Assembly (NCBI GenBank): GCA_964291265.2
Contig: OZ219747.1
Span: 1,024,001-1,088,000, forward strand
Source: Alphaproteobacteria bacterium
Lineage (GTDB): Bacteria > Pseudomonadota > Alphaproteobacteria > SP197
Direction: 5' to 3'
Length of the DNA: 64,000 nt
Shown: piece after piece, positions 25,101-33,539 of the stretch
How positions within the stretch are numbered: the stretch's first letter is position 1
How the letters are laid out: each line of letters starts with the position of its first letter
Notes under the pieces: model-generated
What the model was told of the DNA's origin: nothing
Database searches by the model: none
The model's input: the letters and a program-made list of their open reading frames with translations, nothing else
Program-made: the position numbers and the translations under genes

Positions 25101-28075
25101 AGGAGATCGTCGAGCATCTCGCCTCGCGCTGGTCGCGCGCGGGCGCGAAGGAGGCGGCGACGGACTACATCGCGGAAGCGCGGGATCATCACGCCGGCGG
25201 CAAGGGCGGCGCCGCCTGGGTGGCCGCCAACGACAACGAGGGCGGCGGGTTGCGCTCGCTCGCGCGGGCCATCCGGCGGACAACGGACCGCTGGCGCTAC
25301 GGCGCCCGGGTGTCGGCTGTGGCCGGGGAGATACGGGAACTCGAGGACGAGTACCACGACCTGGTCGAGCGGCATGCGGCCGCCGGCGGGGCCGAGGCCG
25401 TACCGCTCGGGGAGTTCGAGGCGATCGCTCGCGCACAGGGCGATGTGGTGCGGCGCATGGCGGCGTTCACCGGACCGCAGGGCCGCTGGCGGACCCTGTG
25501 GCGCGACGCCGGGGACATGGATGTCGCGGAGGCGGAGGCCTTCCGGAACCGGCACCGGGATGTCCGGGACTGGATCACCGGGGCGCGGCGGCGCCAGGCG
25601 AGCCTGGCCGCGGTCGAGGCCCGCGGCGGGCAGGGACAACTGCAACAGGCCGTGGCGGTGCGGGAGACTCGCGCCGGCGGCGAGGGTGAAGAGAGGGGAG
25701 GTGCACAGATGGCCATGTCGCAACGGGTGGCGCGCGAACTGCTGGTGGACAGCTGCCGGGCGCAGATGCAGGACCGCTATCTGTGGGGCGTCGAGGGCCA
25801 GGAGATCCTCGACGACCTGCGGGCGAGATCGTCGGAAGCGCTGGAGCGATGGCCGGGTGACGACGCGGAGGGGCGGGAGGTTGTCGTCACCTACCTCGAC
25901 AGCTACAGCCAGGCGATGACCGCATGGGCGGCGGCGAGAGAGGTGGTCGGCGCGGCCGGGATGCTCGCTGGCGGCAGGGTCGACACGGCGCAGTGGCTGA
26001 TCGGCCTTCTCGACGACATCGACGCCGGTGCGGACGATGTCTGGCATGACACGGCTCTGCGCATCGTGGGCAGCGCCCTCGTCCGGCAGGGGCGTCTGGT
26101 CTCGCCTGTGGCATGGCTGGCCGAGACCAGGGCGGAGGCGGAACGGACGGTGGCGGGCATCCGCCGGGCGGAAGCCGGACCCTCCGTCTCCCGGGGGCGG
26201 GACGACGCCGGGCGGAGCGAAGCCGTGGCGGCGCAGTCAGGCGGTGGCGAGGACAGGAAGATCCTCGATGCGCCGCCGCCTCCACGGCCGGTGGCGGCGC
26301 CTGCCGACGAGGCTCCGGTCCGGCAGCGGCCGTCGCCGCAACCGGCGGCGAGGCCGCGGCGGGAGCGGCTCCCGGACGTCAAGGAACTGGCGGCGCTGCT
26401 GGCCGAGCGGGCCGAGGAATTCTGCAGGGTCTATCTCCCCGCCGGCCGGCGGCGCGGCGAGTACTGGAAGATCGGCGGCGTGGACGGTCACGCCGGCGAA
26501 TCCATGTGGGTTCTCCTGACCGGCCCGAGGGCCGGCGCGTGGCAGGACACGGCGACCGGTCAACACGGCGACCTGGTGCACCTGATCAAGGAGGTCATGC
26601 GGCTTCCCGATATCGCCGCGGCCCTTCCGGAGGCGAGCGCCTTCCTCGGCGGCGCCGGCGTCGTCGCCATGGCGCCGCGGACGGAGCGGCTGGATGCCGG
26701 GGCGGCAGGGAAGGAGGCCGACCGTCATGCCAAGGCGCGCCGGGCCAAGGCGCAGAGGACCTGGGAGAGGTGCCGGCCGCTGCGCCGGGGCGAACGGTCG
26801 CCCGGCGCCCTCTATCTCGTGCGCCGGGAGATCTCCGTCGAGGCGGCCTCCGCCCTGCGGTGGTCGCCGGAGCTGATGACGCAGGACGATACCGGCAGCG
26901 CCGTGATGGCGCCGGCCCTCGTGGCGCGGATCGAGACCGCCGCCGGCGAGTTCCGCGGCGTGCAGCGGATCTTCCTGACCGGTTCCGGCGAGAAGGCGGC
27001 GCTGGGCAAGGGCGGCGCCAAGAAGGCGCAGGGCGACCTCGCCGACGGCGGGGTGTGGTTCGGCAACCGCGAGGCGTCGCGGGTGGTCATGACGGAGGGC
27101 GTCGAGGACGCGCTGGCCGCCATCACGGCGCTGCCGGCGGATGCCCTGGAGCGCGTGGCGGTGGTGGCGAGCACGGGCGCAAACCGACTGCACCGCGTGG
27201 CGCTGCCGCCCTCCACGCGCGAGGTGGTGGTCCTGCAGGATCCGGGGCAGACCGGCGAGGAGACGTTCCGCAGGCTGAAGGCGCAACGCGAGAGCGAGGG
27301 ACTGCAGGTGCGGGCGATCCGGCAGGCCGTGGACGTGAACGATGCGCTCGTCGCCGACCGGGACGCTCTGGCGCGGCTCCTGGCGCCGCTGGCCGAGCCC
27401 GGTTCCGCCGCCGCTCTCAAGGCGCCGCCGGCGGCGGACGACCCGGAGGCTCTCGTGGGGCGCGCCGCCCGCTGGCGCGCTGCGGCCGCGAGCGGCGGGT
27501 GGGCCGCGGCCGACATCCATGCCATGGGCCCCGATCTCGACCAGGCGCGAGATGCCCTCGCCCGGGCGGGTGGACTGACCGACGGCGCGAGGGACACGCT
27601 GGAGGCCTTTGCCGGGGAGGCGGGCCGGGCCCTGGGCGCCATGCGGATGGCGGCGGGACTCGTGGCCGGGGTCGAGGATCTCATGCGGCAGCGCGGCGAC
27701 ATCCTGACGCGGGTCACCGGGGAGCGGCATCCCCGGTCCGCCGAGCGGCGGTTCTTCGCCGAGGTGCGCAATCATCCGCACATGGACGGCTGGACCGAAC
27801 GGGCCGGGAAGGCGCTGCGCGTGATGGCGGACCTGCAGGCCAGCGAGAGGACCGCATGGGGCGCGGCGGTCCTGGATCTGCTGGGCCGGCGCGTGCCGGA
27901 TGCCTCGATGACGACGGCGGACGCGAATGCGCGGTACTATCTGATCAGCCAGGCACGGCGGATCACCGATACCCTGAAGCGCGACGACCGCATGCGGCGC
28001 GCCGGGACCGGCGAAGCGGTCGCCGAGGAGATGAAGGCGGGCCATCGGCGGGCCGTCTCCCGGGGCCTGGCATGA
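22190..28075 (+). CDS. MOB-F (TrwC-like) relaxase-helicase with a C-terminal primase-like/Toprim region
   Basis: YY motifs, GLDMTFSADKTVS, FQHGTSRDGDPQLHTH (HUH), EWSKRR; GAAGSGKTT, VVDEAGM, GDTHQHQPI, HGYAMTIASSQGRTVD; then YLPAGRRRGEYW..GAWQDTATGQHGDL and VMTEGVEDALA. Confidence 0.92.
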   Translation: MVATVNGMAAATYYLSAQKTWRRDESRDAGASTLTLPGLEDGGQGRATGGGNGSGSGGPQYHRGGAESDGGRRNPQGMSGLEGGGRGRATGGSGGSGSGGPQYYQGGEEPDGVWWNPHGMLGLEDRGLVGAREFRRLYAGYDPSTGERLTRNTGSEERSPGLDMTFSADKTVSALWAIADEETRAEIEAAHNEAARKALDMIVAEHCAWTRIRPNGREVIFRRAKLCGAMFQHGTSRDGDPQLHTHCLIFNVTQADDGVFRSHYRPPVFRWQKAAGAVYRNALAGGLQDRLKVTIERYGRDEAFTRIAGVPAELVAEWSKRRRTIADMAESLGFETAANAAAASGINRATRKAKVDELGGELRHAAWAIEAAAHIENRQEFVEGLVGHDMSLTGDDVAAAVDRVVKIPDDITRHEAVFHLQDVIERAMNATAGVFSPGVTMATVDQVMSDSDVVELGMPPASLEAGAGMTHARLFSTADLIRKERELGAMAGALAEDRSLAIEAGVIETRLGELRRDGYPISDEQAKAIRYGAGAGSGKLAIIEGAAGSGKTTTLRPITDLLQEKGCTVIATAVAWRTAVALGTDCGVAPFSVDRLLRRAARGEVHLDDRTVIVVDEAGMLSVPQAWQLLRLAREHGCKVIAAGDTHQHQPIGAGPGLRLMREAARGVRVDEIRRQKADVEDILVQVHGQDPQDVRYALGMMSAEEKRRVLDDYEAMPIRPKVKPWQIAVSEAFRDGKAADAIGLLAERDRFVLGRDLQATLEELVNDWECWRLENPDGVATVIARTHDEVQVLSHLMREKVLAKVAGSDRRVVVRACGARAQGREKDLEIACGDLLRIGALVWEKRLFNGTVVAVKDITVHDQGTEGERVEIHARSEYGDDVAFFVDELVDYHGKVRLDHGYAMTIASSQGRTVDAAFVLADDRAPKPTIYPAVTRHRDHLRLYVNRAPLAEAVREKRSEDLVGTQVSDEEIVEHLASRWSRAGAKEAATDYIAEARDHHAGGKGGAAWVAANDNEGGGLRSLARAIRRTTDRWRYGARVSAVAGEIRELEDEYHDLVERHAAAGGAEAVPLGEFEAIARAQGDVVRRMAAFTGPQGRWRTLWRDAGDMDVAEAEAFRNRHRDVRDWITGARRRQASLAAVEARGGQGQLQQAVAVRETRAGGEGEERGGAQMAMSQRVARELLVDSCRAQMQDRYLWGVEGQEILDDLRARSSEALERWPGDDAEGREVVVTYLDSYSQAMTAWAAAREVVGAAGMLAGGRVDTAQWLIGLLDDIDAGADDVWHDTALRIVGSALVRQGRLVSPVAWLAETRAEAERTVAGIRRAEAGPSVSRGRDDAGRSEAVAAQSGGGEDRKILDAPPPPRPVAAPADEAPVRQRPSPQPAARPRRERLPDVKELAALLAERAEEFCRVYLPAGRRRGEYWKIGGVDGHAGESMWVLLTGPRAGAWQDTATGQHGDLVHLIKEVMRLPDIAAALPEASAFLGGAGVVAMAPRTERLDAGAAGKEADRHAKARRAKAQRTWERCRPLRRGERSPGALYLVRREISVEAASALRWSPELMTQDDTGSAVMAPALVARIETAAGEFRGVQRIFLTGSGEKAALGKGGAKKAQGDLADGGVWFGNREASRVVMTEGVEDALAAITALPADALERVAVVASTGANRLHRVALPPSTREVVVLQDPGQTGEETFRRLKAQRESEGLQVRAIRQAVDVNDALVADRDALARLLAPLAEPGSAAALKAPPAADDPEALVGRAARWRAAAASGGWAAADIHAMGPDLDQARDALARAGGLTDGARDTLEAFAGEAGRALGAMRMAAGLVAGVEDLMRQRGDILTRVTGERHPRSAERRFFAEVRNHPHMDGWTERAGKALRVMADLQASERTAWGAAVLDLLGRRVPDASMTTADANARYYLISQARRITDTLKRDDRMRRAGTGEAVAEEMKAGHRRAVSRGLA
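22299..22570 (+). repeat. 126-bp (42-codon) in-frame tandem duplication in the relaxase N-terminus
   Basis: GGTCTCGAGG recurs at 22301, 22427 and 22553; GSGSGGPQYH versus GSGSGGPQYY. Confidence 0.85.
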
Positions 28076-28100
28076 CGATGCTGTGGGGAGGAGGAGCGAG

Positions 28101-28394
28101 ATGAACGGCTACTACGAGATGAAGAGGGTCGGCCAGGTCAGGGTCGGCACGAAGGTCGAACGGTGGATGGGCGGCGGGCCCCGGGACTGGGGCGAGGTGA
28201 CGAAGCTGCTGCCGGCGGGTGAGGTGGTGGTCTTCTGGGAAGGATCCGCCGACACCCTGATTCACGATGTCGGGGACATCTTCGACATCTGCGTCCGGGA
28301 CTGGTCGGACGAGGTCCGCGCGCTGATCGCCGCGCGGGCGGGTGAAGCGGGCGGCGGCGGGAATGGCATGACGGAACCGGAAGGGGAGACGTGA
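28101..28394 (+). CDS. Hypothetical protein, one SH3/Tudor-like repeat
   Basis: VRVGTKVE..DWGEVTKLLP..V..DWS.EV motif; strong RBS GGAGGAGG. Confidence 0.7.
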   Translation: MNGYYEMKRVGQVRVGTKVERWMGGGPRDWGEVTKLLPAGEVVVFWEGSADTLIHDVGDIFDICVRDWSDEVRALIAARAGEAGGGGNGMTEPEGET

Positions 28395-28395
28395 G

Positions 28396-28929
28396 ATGGA
28401 GACGGACCGCGGCGGCAGCGGCGTGCGGATCAGGGTCGGAACGAAGGTCGAGTTGAGAAACGGCGGGCGGGCATGGGGCTGGGGCGAGGTGACGAAGCTG
28501 CTGCCGGCTGGCGAGGTCGGGATCCGGCGCCTCGACGAGGACGAGGCGTATGTGGCGGCCGTCGAGGAGGCTGGCGACGAGGTCTACGTCGACAGCTGGT
28601 CGAGCGAGGTCCGGCGCCTCATGGAGGAACGGTGGAGGCGCCTTGCGGAACCGGCGGAGGTCGATCACTACGATCTCGAGGGCTTCGGGCCGATCAGGGT
28701 CGGCACGAAGCTCGAGGTTCGGGACGGAACCGGGGATGACGGGGAACTGGACTGGGGCGAGGTGACGAAGCTGCTGGCAGACCGGCGGGTGGAGCTCCAC
28801 TGGTACGTCGACCAGGACAGGTTCATCGGCGAGATCGATGACTGCTCCGATCTCTTCGTCGACGACTGGTCGGGCGAGGTCTACGACATCCTCCGCAGAC
28901 AGGCGCGGGCTGGCCATGGCCAGGTCTGA
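28396..28929 (+). CDS. Hypothetical protein, two SH3/Tudor-like repeats
   Basis: IRVGTKVE..WGEVTKLLP..VDSWSSEV and IRVGTKLE..DWGEVTKLLA..VDDWSGEV. Confidence 0.7.
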   Translation: METDRGGSGVRIRVGTKVELRNGGRAWGWGEVTKLLPAGEVGIRRLDEDEAYVAAVEEAGDEVYVDSWSSEVRRLMEERWRRLAEPAEVDHYDLEGFGPIRVGTKLEVRDGTGDDGELDWGEVTKLLADRRVELHWYVDQDRFIGEIDDCSDLFVDDWSGEVYDILRRQARAGHGQV

Positions 28930-30268
28930 CATCCACGCCGAGATCACGGCCGGCATCGTGGAGCAGCTGCGCCAGGGCGTGCGGCCCTGGGTGATGCCCT
29001 GGAGCGATGGCGACAAGCTCGCGCCGGCTGGCGTCGACCTGCCGTTGCGGGACAACGGCAATCCCTACAACGGAGTGAATGTCCTCGCTCTGTGGGCGGC
29101 GGCGGCGGCGCGGGGCTACAAGGCGCCGACCTGGATGACCTTCAACCAGGCGAGGCGGCACGGTGGCCAGGTGAGGAAGGGCGAGACCGGTGAGACGGTT
29201 GTCTATGCGAAGACCTACCCCAAGCGCAAGCGGGACCCCGTGACCGATGAGGAGACGGTGGAGACGGTCGGGTTCCTGAAGCGCTACCGGGTGTTCAACG
29301 TCGAGCAGATCGAGGGTCTCGGCGAGCGCTGGTACCGCTCCCATGCCGAGATCCGACCGCTGAACCCGGACCGGCGAAACGTCGCCCTCGACTCCTTCTT
29401 CGCATCCCTGGGCATCGAAATCCGTCACCACGGGAACAATGCCTTCTATGTCCTCGCCGAGGACCACATCCAGATGCCGCCGTTCGAACTCTTCGACGAC
29501 GCGGCGGCCTACTACGCGACGCTGGCCCATGAATCGATCCACTGGACGCGCCATGCGAGCCGCCTCGACCGCAGGTTCAGGGGCGGCGCCGGCGTGGCCT
29601 ATGCGAAGGAGGAGCTGGTCGCGGAGATCGGCTCCGCCTTCCTCTCGGTCGAGCTCGGTATCGCGCCCACTCTGCGGCAGGACCATGCCGACTACATCGG
29701 CGCCTGGCTCAGGGTTCTCGAGGACGACAGCAAGGCGATCTTCCGCGCCGCCAGTCATGCGAGCAAGGCGGCGGCGTGGATCATGTCGCATGGCGAGGTC
29801 GAGGCCCTGCGCCTCGGCGTGTCCCGTGAGGCGGCGCAAGCTGCGGGCGAGGCCCAGGGCGCGATGCCGGCATGGCCGGATCACGGCGTGCCGGCGGGCG
29901 CCGTGCAAGGCAGTCTCTTTCGCGCCCGCCCCGGGGACATCGCGCGCCTGGCGGCGGCGCGGGAGGCTCGGCGGTTCGTCGTCGACGCGCTTGCGTTCCG
30001 CGATCAGGCGGCGCCGGGTGACGTGGGCGGCGCCTGGCGCGGCGAGGCGGCGCGGCTCCTCGCCGTCGCCGATTCCATCGACCTCGCGGTTCCCGGCGTC
30101 GCCGCCGCCATCGAGGCCGAGGCGGCCGTGGCGGGCGCCGCGCCAGGCGATGCCGTCGGCGCCTGGCGCTTCATCGCGGATTTCCGCGAGGCGACCGAAC
30201 GGCGCCTGCGGATGATCGATCTGACGGAAGGCCGTCAGCAGACCATGGGCGGCGGAGTCCGCCTCTAG
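28916..30268 (+). CDS. ardC: ArdC-family antirestriction protein (ssDNA-binding domain + zincin-like metallopeptidase) with a C-terminal extension
   Basis: ITAGIVEQL..GVRPWVMPW, YNGVNVLALW, WMTFNQA..GGQVRKGE, VFNVEQIEGL, AFY..EDHIQMPP, LAHESIHWT, YAKEELVAEIGSAFL, HADYIGAWL. Confidence 0.92.
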   Translation: MARSDIHAEITAGIVEQLRQGVRPWVMPWSDGDKLAPAGVDLPLRDNGNPYNGVNVLALWAAAAARGYKAPTWMTFNQARRHGGQVRKGETGETVVYAKTYPKRKRDPVTDEETVETVGFLKRYRVFNVEQIEGLGERWYRSHAEIRPLNPDRRNVALDSFFASLGIEIRHHGNNAFYVLAEDHIQMPPFELFDDAAAYYATLAHESIHWTRHASRLDRRFRGGAGVAYAKEELVAEIGSAFLSVELGIAPTLRQDHADYIGAWLRVLEDDSKAIFRAASHASKAAAWIMSHGEVEALRLGVSREAAQAAGEAQGAMPAWPDHGVPAGAVQGSLFRARPGDIARLAAAREARRFVVDALAFRDQAAPGDVGGAWRGEAARLLAVADSIDLAVPGVAAAIEAEAAVAGAAPGDAVGAWRFIADFREATERRLRMIDLTEGRQQTMGGGVRL

Positions 30269-31936
30269 ACGACAGGAGAAGAACCATGGAGAGCATGCGT
30301 GAGTTCAGCGACAGGATCGCGGACACACTGGAATCGGGAGACGCTTGGTGGCGGAGGATCGAGCCGGAGCCGGGACTGCCTATGCGGTTCGACGGGCAGG
30401 CCTTTGACGGGGCCAGCGTCCTCTCGCTGTGGATGACGGGGAACGAGAAGGGGTTCGAGAGGCCCACCTGGCTCGGCTGGGAGCGGATCGACGAGATGGG
30501 TGGACGCCTGAAGGCGGGCGCGACGCCTGGGACGGCATGGCTGCGCGTCCGCAGTCCGCGGCGCCTGTTCGGACTGGTCGGCGGCCGAGAAGACGTCGAG
30601 GTGTGGCAGCCGAGCGAAGTCTGGTGCGTCGACGAGATCGACGGTCTTCCGGACCACCTTTACCGCAGGGCGGAGGAATTCCGCACGCCCGCGCCGGACC
30701 CCGGCGAAGTGCGGCGGGACGACTGGCCCCGGGAAGTCCTCGACGAGGTCCTGTTCGAGTGGGGCGGTCTGCCTGAAGAGCGCTGGGAGGACGCGGTGGG
30801 CAACGCGGCGCGCGTGCTCGTCGGGCGCGGCGATGACGGCGAAGCGCCGGGGTGGATGAGCGGTCTACACAACCTTCGATGGGCGGAGACGGGACTGATG
30901 GCGGAGTTCGGCGCGGCGTTCATTCTGGCGGAGTTCGGCATCACCACCCGCCAACTGGAGCCGTGGGGCTGGCCTGGCTGGGCTGGGGATGTGGTGGTGG
31001 GGATCAGGGGTGACGAGCGAGTGGTGTTCCGGGCGACGGCGGCGGCCGCAGGCGCGGTCGAGTGGTTGCGGTGCCATGCCCCTGGATACAGAGCGTTCGG
31101 GGCCCTGCCCGCGGTGCAAGCGACCTGGGACGGCAGGATGCCGGGGCCGGTGCAGACGGCGGACGAGGTCTTGCGGATGGTCCCCGATCAGATGGCGGCG
31201 TTCCACGCCGTCAGTGACGCTCGGGCGGTGACCTGCGAAGCCCTGGCGGCCCGGCAACAGTCGGTGGTGGCCGGCGGCGACAGTGGTGCGTGGCGGGCCC
31301 ACGCCGACGACCTCGTCCGGAAGGTCGCGCTCCTTGATCTGGACGCTCCCGGGGTGCGCGCGGCCGTCGAGGCCGAGGTGGCGCTGGCTGCCGGGAAGCC
31401 GGACGAGGTCGTCAGCGCCGAGACGTTCGTCGCGGACTTCCGCGAGGCGACCGAACGGCGCCTGCGGATGTTCGATCTGACGGAAGGCCGTCAGCAGACC
31501 ATGGGCGGCGGAGTCCGCCTCTAGACGACAGGAGAAGAACCATGGAGAGCATGCGTGAGTTCAGCGACAGGATCGTGGACGCACTGGAATCGGGAGACAT
31601 TCCGTGGCATGCGGCCGCGGCGGGGATGGGATTGTCGAGGCGGTTCGACGGGCAGGCCTTTGACGGGGCCAGCGTCATCGCGCTGTGGATGACGGGAACC
31701 GAGAAGGGGTTCGAGAGGCCCACCTGGCTCGGCCGGGAGCGGATCGACGAGATGGGCGGACGCCTGAAGGCGGGCGCGACGCCGGGGACGGCATTCCTGC
31801 GCGTCCGCCGTCCGTGCCGCCTGCCCGGACCGGAAGGCGGCTTCGCCACCACCGAGGCATGGCGGCCTCGCGATGTCTGGTGCGTCGACGAGGTCGACGG
31901 TCTTCCGGACCACCTTTACCGGCGGGCGGAGGAGTT
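30171..31936 (+). repeat. Direct repeats with 1256-bp period (about 30171-30680 versus 31427-31936) spanning ardC gene junctions
   Basis: Near-identical ...GAGTCCGCCTCTAGACGACAGGAGAAGAACCATGGAGAGCATGCGTGAG... at both junctions. Confidence 0.88.
30286..31524 (+). CDS. Divergent ArdC paralogue 2, HExxH lost
   Basis: GQAFDGASVLSLW..GFERPTWLG..GGRLKAG..VWCVDEIDGL aligns with the ArdC N-domain; MAEFGAAFIL retained; same C-terminal tail as ardC. Confidence 0.75.
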   Translation: MESMREFSDRIADTLESGDAWWRRIEPEPGLPMRFDGQAFDGASVLSLWMTGNEKGFERPTWLGWERIDEMGGRLKAGATPGTAWLRVRSPRRLFGLVGGREDVEVWQPSEVWCVDEIDGLPDHLYRRAEEFRTPAPDPGEVRRDDWPREVLDEVLFEWGGLPEERWEDAVGNAARVLVGRGDDGEAPGWMSGLHNLRWAETGLMAEFGAAFILAEFGITTRQLEPWGWPGWAGDVVVGIRGDERVVFRATAAAAGAVEWLRCHAPGYRAFGALPAVQATWDGRMPGPVQTADEVLRMVPDQMAAFHAVSDARAVTCEALAARQQSVVAGGDSGAWRAHADDLVRKVALLDLDAPGVRAAVEAEVALAAGKPDEVVSAETFVADFREATERRLRMFDLTEGRQQTMGGGVRL

Positions 31937-32789
31937 TCTCGTGCCGCCGGCCACGGAGGAGGAACTGTGGGATCACGTCGAGCTGGAGGAAGGCTATGGC
32001 TATGAGCGCCTGTACGCCGTGATCAACGAGATCACGGGCGAGGAACGCCGCGGGGCCGCAACGGACATGACGGTGAGGGAGGCGGCGCGGGCCTTCGTTC
32101 GCTGGACCGCCTCACCGGCGCGCATGAACCGCGATGGGGCCGGAGTCGAGGAGAGTCTGGTCGTGGATATCGGCTCCGCGTTCCTGTTGGCGGAGTTCGG
32201 GGTCGTCGATTATCCGGAGGGCAGTGGGTCCTGGCGCACCGAGGAGTGGTGGGGGGCGATGGCGCAAGCGGCGGGTCGAATTCGGGAGGACGATGAGGTC
32301 GTCTTCCGGGCCGGCCAGCATGCGAGCGACGCTGTCGAATGGGTGTGGCACAAATCGCACGGGTACGGGACCTTTTCGGTCCTGGCCTCACGGGGCGCGT
32401 TTGATCCCGAGTACTGGGAGTGGATGGAAGGGGCGGCGGGAGGGCGGTGGTCGCGGCCCGCGCCCTCCCTCCCCGCCGCTGCTCGGCGGATCACGGCGGA
32501 CGCGCTGGATTTCCTGGCTCGGCCGGTGGCTGTTGATGACAACGGTGCGTGGCGGGGCCTGGCCAACCATCTCGTTCGGGAAGTCGCGGGTCTCGATCTG
32601 GATGTCCCCGGGGTGCGCGAGGCCGTCGGGGCCGAGGGGGCGCTGTGGGCCGAGGATGGCGTGGTCTTCAGCGCCGAGACGTTCGTCGCGGATTTCGTCG
32701 AGGGCACGCGTCGGCGGCTGGCGATGGGCGATCTGACGACGCAGCACACGCGGGCGATGAGCCTCGGCGAGTCGGCGCAACGCATCTGA
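31542..32789 (+). CDS. Divergent ArdC paralogue 3, HExxH lost
   Basis: N-terminus near-identical to paralogue 2; AARAFVRWT replaces LAHESIHWT; EESLVVDIGSAFL retained. Confidence 0.75.
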   Translation: MESMREFSDRIVDALESGDIPWHAAAAGMGLSRRFDGQAFDGASVIALWMTGTEKGFERPTWLGRERIDEMGGRLKAGATPGTAFLRVRRPCRLPGPEGGFATTEAWRPRDVWCVDEVDGLPDHLYRRAEEFLVPPATEEELWDHVELEEGYGYERLYAVINEITGEERRGAATDMTVREAARAFVRWTASPARMNRDGAGVEESLVVDIGSAFLLAEFGVVDYPEGSGSWRTEEWWGAMAQAAGRIREDDEVVFRAGQHASDAVEWVWHKSHGYGTFSVLASRGAFDPEYWEWMEGAAGGRWSRPAPSLPAAARRITADALDFLARPVAVDDNGAWRGLANHLVREVAGLDLDVPGVREAVGAEGALWAEDGVVFSAETFVADFVEGTRRRLAMGDLTTQHTRAMSLGESAQRI

Positions 32790-32791
32790 CG

Positions 32792-33427
32792 ATGGCGAAA
32801 CGCAAGGCGCGGGCGAAGCGCCGCGCCGCGGAACAGCGGGCGGCCCGCGAGCGCCGCCGCGATCTCGATCGCGATGCCGCGGCGCGGCGCGCCGTCACCG
32901 CCGCCGCCACGGCGGCGAGGCGGGGAGCGGACGCGAGGCGGATGGGGCAACACGACGGTGCGGTCCTGCCGCTTGTCCGGGAGCTGCGGGAGGCCCGGGC
33001 CACCTGGCAGGAGATCGCCGACTGGCTCGACGACGCAGCCGTCAGCCCGCCCGGCGGGCGGGGCGGCGGCTGGTCGGCGACGGCGGTGTGGCGGATGGCG
33101 CGGCGCCACGGCCTTGCCGGACGGCGGCCGTCCGGGAGGGATGAGGACACGGAACCGCCGGTCGAACTCGAAGGCGGCCGGGTGAAGATGCCGGACGGCA
33201 GGGTCGTGCGGCCGATCGGGCCGCGGCAGGGCGTCGTGCAGCACGACGAGCTGGTGCTGTCCACGCTGCGGACGATGCGCCGCCGCGGAGCGAGCTGGCG
33301 GGAGATTGCGGAACACCTCGAGGCCGAGGGCGTGCTGTCTCCGGGGCGGCGCGATGCGCACATCCGCGCCCGGGGCTGGACCGCCGGCGCGGCCTGGCGC
33401 ATCGGCAGGCGTCACGGCATCGCGTGA
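32792..33427 (+). CDS. Basic protein with two recombinase-type helix-turn-helix repeats
   Basis: ATWQEIADWLDDAAVSPPG..GWSATAVWRMARRHG and ASWREIAEHLEAEGVLSPG..GWTAGAAWRIGRRHG. Confidence 0.65.
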   Translation: MAKRKARAKRRAAEQRAARERRRDLDRDAAARRAVTAAATAARRGADARRMGQHDGAVLPLVRELREARATWQEIADWLDDAAVSPPGGRGGGWSATAVWRMARRHGLAGRRPSGRDEDTEPPVELEGGRVKMPDGRVVRPIGPRQGVVQHDELVLSTLRTMRRRGASWREIAEHLEAEGVLSPGRRDAHIRARGWTAGAAWRIGRRHGIA

Positions 33428-33533
33428 TGCCGCCCATATCGCCAACGCCTGTAGGCGTGCTCGAATTGGTGACACGTGCATCCGGCAGGGTATGTTCCTC
33501 CGGCCATCCGTATGCCTATCGAGCTCCTGGGAG
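33426..33533 (+). pseudogene. Remnant of the 3' end of a PIN-domain toxin gene
   Basis: DAAHIANACRRARIGDTC, then after a frameshift AGYVPPAIRMPIELLG; resembles the HIANA...GY.PP.ICTP.ELL terminus of a PIN subfamily. Confidence 0.5.
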
Positions 33534-33539
33534 GCCACC

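Noticed and set aside
21812-26047. 1411-aa minus-strand ORF (likewise 14261-17011 -, 35849-38467 +, 45672-47879 +, 11277-13505 +)
   Set aside because: Antisense shadows of well-supported genes in high-GC DNA; no motifs.
28101-32789. Diversity-generating retroelement behind the repeats
   Set aside because: No reverse transcriptase in the window, and the differences are not adenine-specific.
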